64,000 nt of DNA, from assembly GCF_964355755.1 (NCBI RefSeq), contig NC_092671.1, positions 12,400,001 to 12,464,000 on the forward strand, in the 5' to 3' direction. The translations under genes and the position numbers were made by a program. This document shows positions 40,084 through 53,904 of this stretch, piece by piece; within the stretch, counting starts at the first letter, position 1, and every line of letters starts with the position of its first letter. The stretch comes from Antedon mediterranea. Its lineage: Eukaryota; Animalia; Echinodermata. A model generated the notes under the pieces. That model was not told the origin of the DNA. It ran no database searches and saw only the letters and a program-made list of their open reading frames with translations.

Positions 40084-41097
40084 GTAAGTATTTGTGGGGT
40101 TTTTTTTTTCATTTGTTAAAAACGAGAACCTATATTGATTTTGGATACCCTCGTCAAAACTTGATGAAGCTGTATTACTTATTTAGTTAAGGTGTGTTAA
40201 AGTAATTTGTAACACTCAATCTATAAATGGATCAAAAATTAATTTTCTTATCCAATAGGTTTATACAGCAGGAAGTAGGCCTATATTTTAGGATTGCTAG
40301 TGCTTTTAGTAACATTTCACTGCCTACATTTAATAACTTTAGCTGTGAATTGTTTTATGTCACTGTTTATTTATTAAACAACTTATAGTAAGTGAAAGAG
40401 TCCATCACCCCTGCTGCCAAGTGGAACAACTCTATTATTAACTATATTATTTTTATTGTTATTTAATTCAAAACATCATTTACCATATGCTTTTATTTTG
40501 TTAATGAATTATATTATTGATATTTGACATTAATTTTTATCATGGTAGAATATTTGAATGAGAATCATAGATTTTACAACTGAAAACTTTGCTTAGCCAA
40601 TATACAAAGTTTATATTCATGTCCCAGCATGTTGGAATTTCTCTCACAGCAGGTAATCATGCAGCCAGCTAGGCCTATTTTACTTACCTGATCAACATTG
40701 TCCTCGGCTAAATTTATATAAATCACTTCCAATTTTTCAATAATTTAAAATTCATATAGGCATACAGTATACTGGAAAATGTCTTCAAAAATGTAAATGT
40801 GCATATTATTTATTTCAACTTATGGAGATATAATAACTGAACAATTTTGTTTACAAGATGATCCCTCCTCTGTCTTCTTCATATCTTAAGAAGGCCCCTT
40901 TTACTTGAAGTCATTGATGATGAAGTACACAAGTAGACCCCTTCAAAATATAATAATAATATGTTCTTGAGATGACAAAGTGATTTTAAATTGTTAGAAT
41001 GTCTTTTGTATTTTTAACAAGCACGAATGTGCAATACTCGGGGGTACAGCGAAAGAAGCTGTATACAGACGTATACAGTTAGAAAGTAAAGAAAATA

Positions 41098-41168
41098 GGT
41101 TTCGCCAGGGCTCGAACCGGGACCTTCTGCGTGTTAAGCAGACTTGACAACCACTACACTACGAAACC
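41098..41168 (-). pseudogene. tRNA-Val(AAC)-derived copy 1, near intact
   Basis: GGTTTCGTAGTGTAGTGGTTGTCAAGTCTGCTTAACACGCAGAAGGTCCCGGTTCGAGCCCTGGCGAAACC: perfect acceptor and anticodon stems, mismatches in D and T stems, TTTT downstream. Confidence 0.8.
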
Positions 41169-41372
41169 TCTTACATTAAAAATGTGGGTTACAGAAAGTT
41201 TTTTAATCCATTTAAATTACAAATAAATGGTAATAAGCACAAAGCAAAATAAACATGTGTAAAAGTGATAATTACCGATTAAGTATTTTGAAAAATAATA
41301 AAAATAAGATATACTCTGTATAATTATCATATTGCGTATACAGTACTTTTCACCATAAATTAAAAAAAAAAA

Positions 41373-41444
41373 GGTTTCGTCCGGGCTCGAACCAGGTACC
41401 TTCTGCGTGTTAAGCAAACGTGATAACCACTACGCCAAGAATCC
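41373..41444 (-). pseudogene. tRNA-Val(AAC)-derived copy 2
   Basis: Same cloverleaf with anticodon AAC and A/B boxes; mismatches in acceptor and T stems; long T run downstream. Confidence 0.78.
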
Positions 41445-44400
41445 GCATATAACCATATAACTACATAACGCTGTGGTGTGTGTCACACATTGTGGCTTCT
41501 TAATTAAACAAATTAATTAACAAAAAATTAAAAATCCGGCTCTATAGCTTTGAGGACATGTCCCTGTAGTATGTTCATGCCAAATCCCAGCTCAATACTA
41601 TAACGAATAAGGGAGGAGTAGTACTTTAAAAATCGCACTTTTTACTCAATAGTGTCCAGATGGAGGAAGAGAAGGAGAAAATGAGTAAGTACTAGACTCG
41701 GGTACCCCAAGTAAAAATCATCTTACATACCACAAATACATGACTGTACATTGAAAGATATAAATATTACATAGTATTGAAATATATAAGATGTTATTGT
41801 TAAAATATAATAATATATTTTTTTAAGTAATTTTAGATTGTTGGAATTTCTTTTGTGATCATCTAGAAATACAGGTTACATGCCATAAAAATACAGCATT
41901 ATTGAAATAAATAAAATATTACATCATATTGAAAAAAAAGATGTTATGTTAGATACAATTGTATAAGGCATTTCATATATCATCATCCTCATCAGAATGT
42001 TGAATTATCAATATTCAACATTTGAAATCTTAGAATTACTTTTACTTTTCCAGAATTTAAGATAAGATATGGTGTGTTGTATATGTAGCCGTATTCAGCT
42101 TCCTAATATATTTTTCAAATATGAATTGATTACACAAATTGATTCAGTAATTTTGTCGTTTATGCAACATTTGATAGATAATTACATGAGTCAACCTTCT
42201 ATTTTAATCAAACTATGTAAGTTTGTGTAGATAGAAGTAAATATGTTTTCAGATATTTTCTTAAAGATAACGATGACAAATTAATGATTATGCTTCCGGC
42301 GCAGAAGTGCAAATAGCGTGATTTGATTCCTCCTCATTTGAACCATGAAAGACACTATTTTATTGATTGTTATGCTTCCTTTCCATCGCTACCCATCTAC
42401 TTGTCATCAGTAATGAGTGAGGCACAGATGCGTTTCAGGTTCTAGATATTTTGTCATGTGATAAACCCTCGCCCAATCAGCTGTGCTTACGGATGTTGGT
42501 GGGTCTTGGTGATTAGTGATGTTCTTAGTCTCTTCACTGTATACCAGTTGGTGTATCTTTGATTTCATGAAAGATTACTCTTCATTAATCATCCTGAATT
42601 ATTTTTGGAAAATTATTAATTAATTTCAGTAGGTATGGCAATTTTATTATTTTCATTCCATTATACACCTCTATTGTAGAAGGTATCCTTCTTTTGAACT
42701 GTCTGAACACAGTCCAGGATATAGGCTAGGTGGTGGAGGAAAGGTTACTCAGCAAAAATCTCTGTTCTCCAGTCTAAAGCCTCAACCTACATATTTTTCT
42801 ATGTATTTTTTATATGTATATGTATACTGTGCACATTTTTAAAAATCTTTTTTTATATTGTTTTAATTAACTGGTGACAAGAGGACAGTTCATTACAACT
42901 TTTTCTTTTCCTCTATACCCCATACAACTATAATTTTATCTATCTAGATTGAAAGTAAAAAAAAATTAAACCTAATTTAAGCTATTTAAAACACCTTCTT
43001 GGTTATCAATGACATTTAGCACTTTTAGAAAATATCAAATGTTTTTCATTCTACTAATTCTTGTCACCTACTCTATATATTACTAATTTTCTACAAGGAA
43101 CAAAATAACATACTGTAGGTATTAATAACAGAGTGTTCTTAGTTTGTCTAGTCTTCCAGTGCACAGAAACATTGTTTATATACAAACGTCTATTTATTGT
43201 GCTATGTTATAATTTATTCTAATTGAAAGGAGAATAAGAAAAAAAAATGTTTAGTACATTGCCTATTTGGTTGATATTTAATTGGTGTTTGTGATTATTG
43301 TCTCTGTTGATGTTTTTATCTGGTTTTTTTAACTGTAATTTACTTATAAGGTAGAATTGGCTAGTCACGTGTTTAATCAAGAGGGTGATTAAATAAATAT
43401 GTAAACAAAAACACTTTAAAAATATATTTTGAGTTTACGCCTTAATTATATTAATAATAATTTATTCTGTTTTTGATGGAAACGTAGATTTGTTATGATA
43501 TTGTGGTTTTACCTGAAGACAACTCAGAAATAATAACATTTGAATTATAAATGAAGCTCATGACTTAACTATTACTTATTATAATAATATTTCCTGTTTT
43601 GCATTTGTCAGTTTTTTTGATTGATGCTTTGTTTGTATTAGTGCCATTGTTAATCCACTGTTGTCTTAATTTTAATTAGATGACTTAGAAATATTTATAT
43701 TGGTTAATGATTATTACAATACTCTACCACACATTACAATTTCATGTAAACTCAGAGATTGTTAACTGGATCTAAGGGTCATAACTTAGTCCAAACATAA
43801 TTTAATTTTTCGACAATTCCTCTAACAGATTTAATTTATTCAAACCTATTTAATTGGTTGTTTCGTTGGAATTGAAACAACCATACTAGAAATTATATCA
43901 ATCAGTGAACTATCAATTTTGAAATTCAGCGATTCTCTACTTTTTAAAATTTAAAGGTTGAATTTCCTACTTTTAAGATGTTACCTCACCTGAACAATAT
44001 ATGCATTTTCATTTTTGATAAAATACTTTTTTTAGTGACTACATTTTTTTAAAGCAGTAATCTAATATTTGTAAAGAAAGTTTGTTAAAAAATTAATTTA
44101 ATTACATTTATAGGTAGCACATGTATATTGATATAATTGCTATAAACACTTTATCAACAGCGGTATTATAGGCTACAACTATATATACATATATAAAGAT
44201 GTAGGTCAAAAGTTGGTAATATTGTGGTTGAATACAAATGGAGGCTTGCCAAACATTAAGAGCATTCAAACAAAGAATATATATGAATATGGTAGAATTA
44301 TTGTTCTTATTGAATACACCATTTAAATTTCATCCTTTCTCGCCTACCTATTACAAAAGCCAGCCCAATCATATAACATCTGGCATACGATATTATCAGG

Positions 44401-44824
44401 TATACACGGAAGCTAGGGTTGCACATTTAATTAAGTGCGCATTGATTACCGTAGTCTAGCTATTATTTATGAGTGCAGGTAGATTTTCACTTTATCAATC
44501 GATGAAAAAAGTTTGCAGAAATCCCCATCTGCAAACAGAAATCCATCAGAGATATTCTATAGACATGAGGATGTACGATTTACTATTATCAATTAAGCAT
44601 TTGACAACTAGAAAGACATATGTGCACAAATAGAAATAAATCATACATTAGAATATACAAACATTTTAATTGTTTTCAAATCCTATGATTAATAATATTA
44701 ATTAAATAATATTAATACATTTTCACAGGAATTTAAACCGCCTCATGATATACTGAAAATTAATTAATTAAACGATAAAGAAAATCTGTGAGAATGAGAA
44801 AAAGCCACCCTAACCAAGATTCAC

Positions 44825-44951
44825 AGTTCTGTCTACACTATCCAACTTTATGTGACAAACAAATGTGATGTGCCCATATATAGATATGATGGACATCATG
44901 TCACTGCAATATTTGGACACATCACACTAGTTTGATAGTGTAGACAGAGCT
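44825..44951. mobile_element. Harbinger-like MITE family, full copy (other copies ~12149-12243, 27541-27562, 45700-45800, 46372-46499)
   Basis: TIR AG(C/T)TCTGTCTACACTATC(A/C)AACT / AGTTTGATAGTGTAGACAGAGCT; shared internal tgtgatgtgcccaaatatgg repeats. Confidence 0.8.
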
Positions 44952-46371
44952 TACTTTAAACTGCCCGATTAAGATGAAGAAATTTGTGTGCGAGATAAAT
45001 ATACATATATATTATCTACAGTATTACCTTCCATAGGATTAGGCTAAAGACAAAAAATAAAGTGTTGGCATAGGGGATTAAAGTCAACTGAGGTTTGTCA
45101 CATCTTCCACTCCAGCTTAGCCTAACACAACTACATACATACTCACTAAATGAAAGCATATCGTCATATTTTTTTGTTCAATGAATACAATTTAAAATAG
45201 AATTTTATCCTAAGGCTAAAGTCTTAGCAGTTTGCATGAAACAAAATAAATTATGCATTAGATGACGTAGAAGAAATCACATTGCTATAAAGTTTACGTT
45301 ATAAAAATAAAAAGATATACATTCTGATTGAGAATCAATGTAACATAAATAGAAATTCATCTTGTTCAGACATCATAAAGACCTTACCTCAGATTACTAC
45401 ATTAAGATTTGATATTTCTTATCATTTATTCCTTAATTCTTGACGTCATACGTAGAAAGATGAGCTTGGGCTGAAAGCTGAAAATAACAGATTATACAGT
45501 CAACTTTAGCATAGAAGGCATAGATTTAAATATGATGATTTATAATTCATTTATTTTGTTTATATCAGAGTGTAGTCATCATTTTTGTTACTGGTCGTCA
45601 TCAAAATCACCAACATAACTATTATCAACATCATCACCGCTTATTTTATTATCATCAATCATAGACTTGATTATACAGTATCATTTTAGATATTGACAAC
45701 AATATATGGACATGATGATGTCATATCACTACCATATTTGAGCATATCACTGCTCTATTTAGGCATATTTTTGTCAAACTAGTTTGATAGTGTAGACAGA
45801 TCCTTATCTTTTATCCTAGAATAAGTAAGTGTAAGAGTTTAGACTTCAATTTTGCTGTCATACAGATATGTATTAGAGTATGTGTAGCACAACCTTTCTT
45901 CCCAAAAAGTAATTTGTTTATTTCCCCCTATTGTCCAATCTACTATCCTTTCATGGCATTGCTCCCGTAATTTCTGTGACTATTGTGTGCTTTAGAGCAG
46001 TCAATACTCTTGAACTATTATTATTATTTGTTCTCTAAAATAATCTAAAACTAATGCAATGGCGACAATACCGATTAAAGGTCAAAAACAAAGCCTATTA
46101 CAATAAATTGGTGACATTTTGTCTAACATATATACTAGGTATAGAGAGTCACTTATAGTTCAGTTCATTGTAAACTCCAGGGAGCAGCATTAATTGCGTT
46201 TTGGGAACTCTTATCACAAAATTTATCTAAATTTTGGCACGTTTATTTGTATGGAATAGTTATGAATGGCTTTTTTTTCTATGTTTTTATTTTTTATACA
46301 ATTGTATTTTCTGAATATATTTACAATCAGAAATTGTTTGTAAAATGGAGTATATACATTGTCATAGATTT

Positions 46372-46499
46372 CCTCTTTCTACACTAGCAAACTTTATGTG
46401 ACAAAAATGTGATGTTCCTATATATGGACTTGAAGATTTCATATAAAATCACTACCATATTTGGGCACATATAGTCATATTTATAGTGTAGACCGAGCT
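46372..46499. mobile_element. Second near-full copy of the same Harbinger-like MITE
   Basis: ctctttctacactagcaaactttatgtgacaaa...atagtgtagaccgagct. Confidence 0.7.
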
Positions 46500-47826
46500 T
46501 TAAACTCTTAAATACATGAAATACAGTAGTATTTTATTATCTTTATTAAAAGGTTTATTGTGGTTTTGCGACAATAATTCTTGTATTGTGGGGCAAACTA
46601 CATGTGTAAGATTTATATTGTGTGAGGTTGCAGTCTGCATCACATGCCGATCCTTCAAAGTCCATGCTGTACCTTTCACCTTATATAATTATATTATGCA
46701 AAGAGCACTAAGAGATGCCGAAGGCAAGATTGGTCGAGCATCTGATAAATTAGTGTGTTAAACCAAGCACAACATGTCATATTGGAAGAAGGTTTGGGAG
46801 CCACGTTAATGGGACATTGAATTAAATTACATTTGTTCAATAGTGATTTCAGATTTGTGTTAGGCATGTGTAAATGCCTTAAATTGTCTTTATTTTATGT
46901 TAATTGTTTATTAATTAGTTACCTTTTTTAACATTTATGTTATATTGGTGAAGAAAAAGTCATCTTTCATGATTATATTTGTTTGATTTCTGTCTATGAA
47001 GATGTTTTATTTTTTTATTAATGTAAAAACATCATTGTCATCAATATTATCTTTCATTGTTACTTTCATCATACATTTCAATATATCATCATCTTGATCA
47101 TATTATGATTATTCCCATATCATACCATCTTCATGATCATAGTCAATGCCTGGTATCATCTTCAGTGCTATCATTATTGTTTTTACCCATCCAGCATTGT
47201 CATCATTATTATCACATTATCACTCAATAATAATGTTTACTTGGTGTAGTGTTGGCTTCTCAACTATCATCTTCACCCTTTCTCTCATCTTACCTTTTTA
47301 TGCGAAATAAAATCATGGTTTCACCCTCCAAGTTGTGCCAAAACGTAAAGGTGTTCCGATCACTTAAAAACCTGAATGGTATCAAATTTAGGCTAGATGA
47401 GAAATAGGTTAGTTCACCCCACCCACCTCTGATAGCAGACATGTAATCGCCCTGTGGGAATTTCTGAATCGATATTGATCATCCAAATCCTTATTTGCAA
47501 ATTATAATATGAAAATGCATCAATATTAGTTTAGATCGTCCTCCGCCATCTATTTGTTTGTAATTGTGACCTATAAGTGTTGATATGTCACCTTTTACAT
47601 GCCTAAACTGTCTTAACGTGATGATTATAGTTAGCTAAAATAACATCGGACCTGGCTTAAGAATTTCTTAGTGGAGGGATACAAACAGCTGAGCCCCTAG
47701 CATTCATTTAGATACAAGCTGTGGCTTAATAATATGTATTCCTGTGGTAGGTAAAGAGGCATGACCTAAACATGGGATACCTGGTTTTAAACGGGTAAAA
47801 AGACAGCAACAACACCTCCTCCTCAC

Positions 47827-48006
47827 TTGTTGCCCCAATTGTTGCCCCAATTGTTTCCCCAATTGTTTCCCCAATTGTTTCCCCAATTGTTTCCCCAATT
47901 GTTGCCCCAATTGTTGCCCCAATTGTTGCCCCAATTGTTGCCCCAATTGTTGCCCCAATTGTTTCCCCAATTGTTGCCCCAATTGTTGCCCCAATTGTTG
48001 CCCCAA
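47827..48006. repeat. 12-bp minisatellite, 15 units of TTGTT(G/T)CCCCAA
   Basis: Directly visible; explains the four overlapping low-complexity ORFs here. Confidence 0.97.
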
Positions 48007-48007
48007 T

Positions 48008-48813
48008 AGACACGTTTCGCGCTCGCGACCAATCAGAAATAGTGGGTATAGATTTGTAAACAAACCGAACACAGCTCTCGCCTAGTGCGTGTTGAAGCAT
48101 AGCGAAATGGCGACTGCCGAGTGCTTTTGTTGCAAGGTGCATCATAAATGTTGTATATGTTGGATAAATCGTGAATTTAACTACGGTACACAAAATCACT
48201 GAATAATATTCCTGTTTTTAATTTTCAAACACTTGCTGAGTGGTTTGCGTCGGCTCCGAAGGATAGTGGCGCAAAATCTTGGACATTTTTCAAGGAAAGG
48301 TACGTCCACGATGTGCTCGGGTCTCTCCGCCCGCCCGGTGGCGTTGGCTGATGATGCGGTACTTGGTCTACTAGGCCTAGGAGGCTTGGGTGTCTGTTTA
48401 AGCGCCGAAGAACATCACATAATACATGGAAGATGCAATAGGAACATGAAAAAGAATGAAAGATAATAATTAATATATTTACGCAACATTTGTAAATAAA
48501 ATCAACAGTTAACATGTATTAAATGCACCGTAATTATATATGTCAAACCAAAAATGACAATACATAAATAAAGTCGATGATTCCGAACCAAATGCCCAAA
48601 TAATTCTACAGTGAATATAAAACATAAGTTTAGAAAATAAATAACATCCTTACCATGCCATTCCATCAAAAGGCTAGTTTTGACGATTGCTTTTTAAGAT
48701 GATCATCTCTCAGTTCTCCCATGCTTTAACATACCTCTCGCTGTGTTTGTTTACCATTGTATACCCACTAAAAGGTCAAACTGACGGTGACCTCGCGAGC
48801 GCGAAACGTGTCT
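48008..48813. mobile_element. Non-autonomous DNA transposon with perfect TIRs and AT target duplication (ISL2EU-like)
   Basis: CAATAGACACGTTTCGCGCTCGCGA (48004-48028) is the exact reverse complement of 48793-48817; removing 48008-48813 and one AT restores the minisatellite unit. Confidence 0.85.
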
Positions 48814-50109
48814 ATTGTTCCTGTTGTGATGCTTTATGCTTCACGTATTGTTTATGTTATCTATAGCATAGTGTGCTATTCAAATTGTTATGCTGCCCTC
48901 TATAAATTATGTTACTATAATCATACCCCATTATAATAATTATTTATTTGTGAGACAATTTTATATCCTATAACAATCAAGTGAAATTAATATATTATTA
49001 TAAATTAAACAGAACAGATATTTATAGCTTAGTTTGGAATGTTTGAAATGTGGATATTATTTATGATTTAGGACCTTGTGTCATAAACATCAACATAAAT
49101 TTGTAATGCATTTATTTATTAGAATATATTTATATCTTTGAATTTTGCTATTGCTATTTTCATATTTCCATATATTAATATAGTTTAGTTCATCTAATTA
49201 TCATCCATTCTTAGTGTTGTTGATATACAGTATTTGTAAATGATACCATTGTTATATACATACAAAACATAGGTGGTATTTAATACAATAGAAATATAAA
49301 AAGCATTCAAAAGCTAGATACTGGTGGCCTTCTAGACAGGTAAACTGTTACTATATCCTATTGCCATGTACTTAAAATGTACAATTTGTTTAGACTATTT
49401 ATTTCCATGTTTTGAAATTTTCTAATGCCACCAGCATTGCTTCATGGTCTATAAAATATAGTACTTTTACCATGCTTATGTTAATATTGCCATATTTGGA
49501 AAAGTTTTATCTGCATGAATCTCCTTTGTGGTCATCATGTGTACTGGAGTTTATTTGTGCAATAGTACCTGTAAAGTGAAAATATTTATTGATATTAGCT
49601 ACTTACCACAAGGCATCTGGCAACTGCCTACAATATGATGCGTCATTCTCTTTTCTACTACTGTATTATTAAACAATTATAGAAATTATTTCTAATTTTA
49701 AATATCGCACCAGATTCTCCTTTCATAATTGTTAGCCACATTTCAATTTAGCTTTAAAAAAAAAAAATTGTTGTGATGCAAAAAAAAAAACTATGAAGCA
49801 ACATCATTATAATCAGCTATGCATATGAAATGGTAGTTGTTAGCTATGGAAATGTTGATTGGTTTTTAGACATACGTAGATGTTCGTAACGATCTGTTGA
49901 TCGTTTTCTTATGTTTTATGATCAAAAGTCTCATGAATAAGACAAGGCAACGGACACTTACAAATTCCGAGGAAGGAAGGAAGGGATAATAATGAGATAA
50001 AAGTATTTTGATAAAGTAAACTGATTGCATCATTAGAATAACCATTATGTTTTTAGTTTGTTTTTCTTTTTGAAATTGATAGTTTAATAGAAACGAAAGT
50101 GGACCACAT

Positions 50110-50459
50110 CAGTGGCTGATCAAGGATTTTGAAATAGGAGGTGCCAAGGGCCTACAAATTGTGAAATGAAGTATATTGCAATTTTGTGTCTCCCCCCACT
50201 AAAGGGATCCTACCTTTGAAATCAATGAAAACTAACCACCTATGTTATCGCAAACCAGCCACCTATGTTATCGCAAACCCCATCACAAACCTTGCCAGAA
50301 ACCAGTAGAAATATTTTTTGTTTTCCTGTCATGTTGGTAGTTAAAGTCCATAGTATTTTTCAGTAAAACCGGTAGCGCAAGTGCCTCATGTCTCAAAGTG
50401 ACTGATGATTTGTATACAAGTGACACCCCTAGGGCCCTCGTCCCTTGGATCCGCCTATG
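50110..50459. mobile_element. hAT-like MITE, decayed
   Basis: Ends CAGTGGCTGATCAAGG / CCTTGGATCCGCCTATG; 8-bp TSD not recognisable. Confidence 0.5.
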
Positions 50460-53400
50460 CATATTAGATAAAGAAAGATTGAATCCAGAATACCAACCTA
50501 GGAATAATGGAATTGGCCACAATCTTAGTCTATTGATAGGATTGTCACAAGAATTGTGGAATAAGTAGCAATCTGATTCTTGCCCCTAAAAGCGAGGAGT
50601 AATGATCCCTTGAAAGGAGTGGGATATTTACAGTTCATATGAACAAATGTTGGATTGTTGATATTACCTGTTGAAAGTTATATGAATCATGAGAGCAATT
50701 CTTTTATGTATTCAATCTGGGTGCTTTGTTTAAGGGCACTGTTTTGTTGCCTGAACCTTAGATTTTTTTTTTAACCAAAATGTTCTAAGGGAGGACCCAT
50801 GAGAAATCCATAATGATAAGAAACTGGTAGCGCTTTATACATTTATTTACACTTTTCTTTATGCAGCGTTCATGAAGGAGAATCAAAGATGATGACAACA
50901 TTAATTAATATTGTAAATTTCAGTATAATAAATATTAAAATTACATGCTCAGACGAAACTCTAAACCACCCAGCGATAATTAATTTTTTTATTTAGAAAC
51001 GATAAAGATGACGAAATCTGCGAGAATGAGAAAAAGCCATCGGAACTAAGATTCGAGCCTGAAACCCTCTGCTTGATATGTAGCATACAACTATTAGACC
51101 ACTGAGGCTTTCTAAAATGATGGATAAATATGTTGCAATACACTAGAATATTTTTTAATGAATTATCAGTATTATGATAGAACTTTCCCAATTTCTTGGA
51201 ACAGTTTTCCATTGTGGTTCCCATGTGCTTCCTGTATAAACCGTTAATTACTTTATTGTGCAGACCAAAACCAAAACTGCAGACATTTTTGATTTGAACG
51301 TTTTTCCCTAACAATTTATTGAGGAAACAACCTGAACAACAAGAAGAATTAAAGCCCACGTTGAATTAAGTTCAAGGTACATTTGGATTATTTCTTTCCC
51401 TACAATTTTCCCGGGTTTTTTATTCTGGATTATTGATTTATATTTTCTTTATGTACAGTATTTCCCTCAAGTTAAGCCACCTTAAGCAGAACACAAGTTC
51501 AACTGCACCAGGACTGACCTAATTTCCCAGATGTCCATGTTAAAATTAAATTTTCACTATTTAAATTTAACTTCAGTAAGACTGGTAATGAAAGATTTAT
51601 TGTTTGGTAAATATTCAGGAACACAACACTTGTACTTTAATGATAGATTTTTGGCTGAATGCAAGTACATTACATCTGAACATAAGCTTTACATCATATG
51701 CAAACAATTAATACATAACATTAATAAAGGAATAATCGTTCCAAAAGTGTTACTACCAATGCCATAAATCTACAATTGCAGTGGATTCATCCCACGAGGT
51801 TTCCACCTCTTTAAAAGGTCAAATTTATAATTGGAAAATATTGACCTAGCCACTAGGACTAATTTAATGTTATACTGTTTACAAAAACATCAAGTAAAAT
51901 TATTTTTTTAAAGTTTTTGATAAGTCTCATTATCGTACAACTCCAAGCTGCTTCTATGTTATTTTGTTTCTACCAAGTTCACAATGTTTCTGGAGGTCCC
52001 CACATTTCATTAACTTGAAGCCAGAGGTTGTTTAAATCTTTGCGATAATACTAAGATAAGATGTTTGATGTTTAATAATGCGATATAAATCAGTTTTCTA
52101 TTATTAACTTCCTTGCACCTTTTCATCAACTTACCTCCACCTCAAACAATGTTGGATCTGTCACAAAACTCGCACCTCAAATATGTGTATTGTTATTAAC
52201 ATAAAAACATAATTTGGGGTTTTTGGGAGGGGAAACTGTTTGTGTTTTTCCAGAATCGACTTGGAAGGAGAGGCCAGGGATAATTCTGGAATAAAAGCAA
52301 GTAACTTTGCCTTCCTACAGTAGACAACTTTGTGGTTTGGTACCACATCCAGTGCTTTTAAAAACAAGAACCAACTTTTGCTTAATTATGTCTACATGAT
52401 CCATATTTCTGAAAACAGGAATTGATTGTTTTATGGTAGACGTATATGTTTATAAGTAGTATCCGCCACCAGTGCTAATTCTGAAAATAACAACAACTTT
52501 GTCTTACATAAATCAACATTGACAAAAACTTAATAAAATTATAAATTAAAAATAAATAAATTCAATTCAGTTTTTCACTTAAGCACTTCTAAACAATCTT
52601 GATTTAAACAAAAAGAAAAAAAGATTTAGGGCTATGTTCGCACATACTGTACTAAGATCGGGCGTGACGAAGACTGGAATCTGTCAGCGGTTAACTCTTG
52701 ATCTGGATTACAATACGCTAGTGTGAACCAGATCCGATAAATATAAACTCGGTCATACAGTAGTTGTGGTTGACGTCACAACTGGACCATCTGAAAGCAT
52801 ATTTATAGGAGGCCTGTTTGTTGCTACCATCTCATACTGTACCTTACAAAACCAAAACACAGTGGCAACCACTTAGTGGGCTTCAGTATTTGACACAATT
52901 ACTTAATCAATAAGTTCCAATGTCAACTGCTTATTGTTATCAGACAAAATCCTTAATGAAGCCAAGGCTAATGATAACTGTCAGAAAATAAGTGAAATTT
53001 AAATACTGTAAAATAATCTTGTGATCCCAAATTTTAAAGGGATTGACACATTTCCCTTATGAACACATCCCAGGAAAGTGGAGATAAAAAGTTCTTTTTG
53101 TGTTTTCCAAAAAAGCATTGATATAAGTGTTAAACGTTATCTTAAATAATATATAAAATGATAATAAGAACTTTCACTGCCAATTTTTTGTAGGTTTTCA
53201 CTATTGTATAATTACTGATATATTGTATTTACCAGGCATTTTTTATAACTAATTATAATAACTTGCATCCCATTTTTAATGAGTAATTATACCAGAATAG
53301 CTACAAAAACAAAAATCTTTTTAACCTAATTTTGAACCATAAATTTAATCAATATTTTTATTGGAATAATTAAAAATTTGAATAATCTACATAATTTATA

Positions 53401-53840
53401 TTGCGTACGTGATCAAGCAAATGTCAGCAGCTCAATCATTTTGATATGAGGGTGGTTTTTATTATTATATTATTCTTAGTTATCGGATAATGTATTTATT
53501 TCATTATTTTGCTTCGTCATATTTTAAAATATGTAACAAAAGCAACAGCATTATTGCTAGATTTCTCATTAACCTAGCAACAGATGTGAAGGCCATTCTA
53601 TCTGAGAGCACACTTGATGGAAGAGCCAATACAAATACTGTAGATATTCCCTATTGTGTTAAACAGAGGGAGTATGTTAGATGCGTTTACCTGCACTTTT
53701 GAGCAGATGTGTCTGTGTGTTTTATGAAAGAGCTGGGATTGGAATATCGCTATATATACAGCTAAAAAGAAAATAAACACGGGCTCACCTCTCCCAGCCT
53801 GCCGGCTTTCTCCATTGGATTTTATTGAATTTAGTAGTCA

Positions 53841-53904
53841 ATGGATTCCCTTAGGAAAAGTAGGATGAGCATTCGGAGATCATTCCGTAGGATTGTAAAA
53901 AAAG
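53841..53904 (+). CDS. Candidate alternative first coding exon (MDSLRKSRMSIRRSFRRIVKK)
   Basis: ATG 53841 and in-frame ATG 53865; AAG|gtaggt donor in phase 1, matching the 59876 exon; TATA-like ctatatataca near 53750. Confidence 0.5.

Larger units (their letters stand above)
41017..41715 (-). mobile_element. Helentron/HINE-like non-autonomous element carrying two tRNA-Val copies
   Basis: ACAAG plus small hairpin gcac-gaat-gtgc and subterminal IR tactcgggggtac (41035-41047) at one end; gtaccccaagta (41702-41713) within a partial palindrome at the other; A/T-rich flanks, no TSD. Confidence 0.6.

Noticed and set aside
47704-48199. Four overlapping ORFs with LGQQ, IGAT, WGNN and LPQL repeats; also a superficially CRISPR-like array
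   Set aside because: All are translations of a stop-free 12-bp minisatellite; there are no spacers and no cas genes, and the DNA is eukaryotic.
48225-48515. Two GC-richer ORFs inside the TIR element
   Set aside because: No recognisable transposase, THAP or exonuclease motif; treated as internal sequence of a non-autonomous element.
50961-51359. 132-aa minus-strand ORF
   Set aside because: Overlaps a copy of the tRNA-like-cassette repeat; GTG start; no domain.
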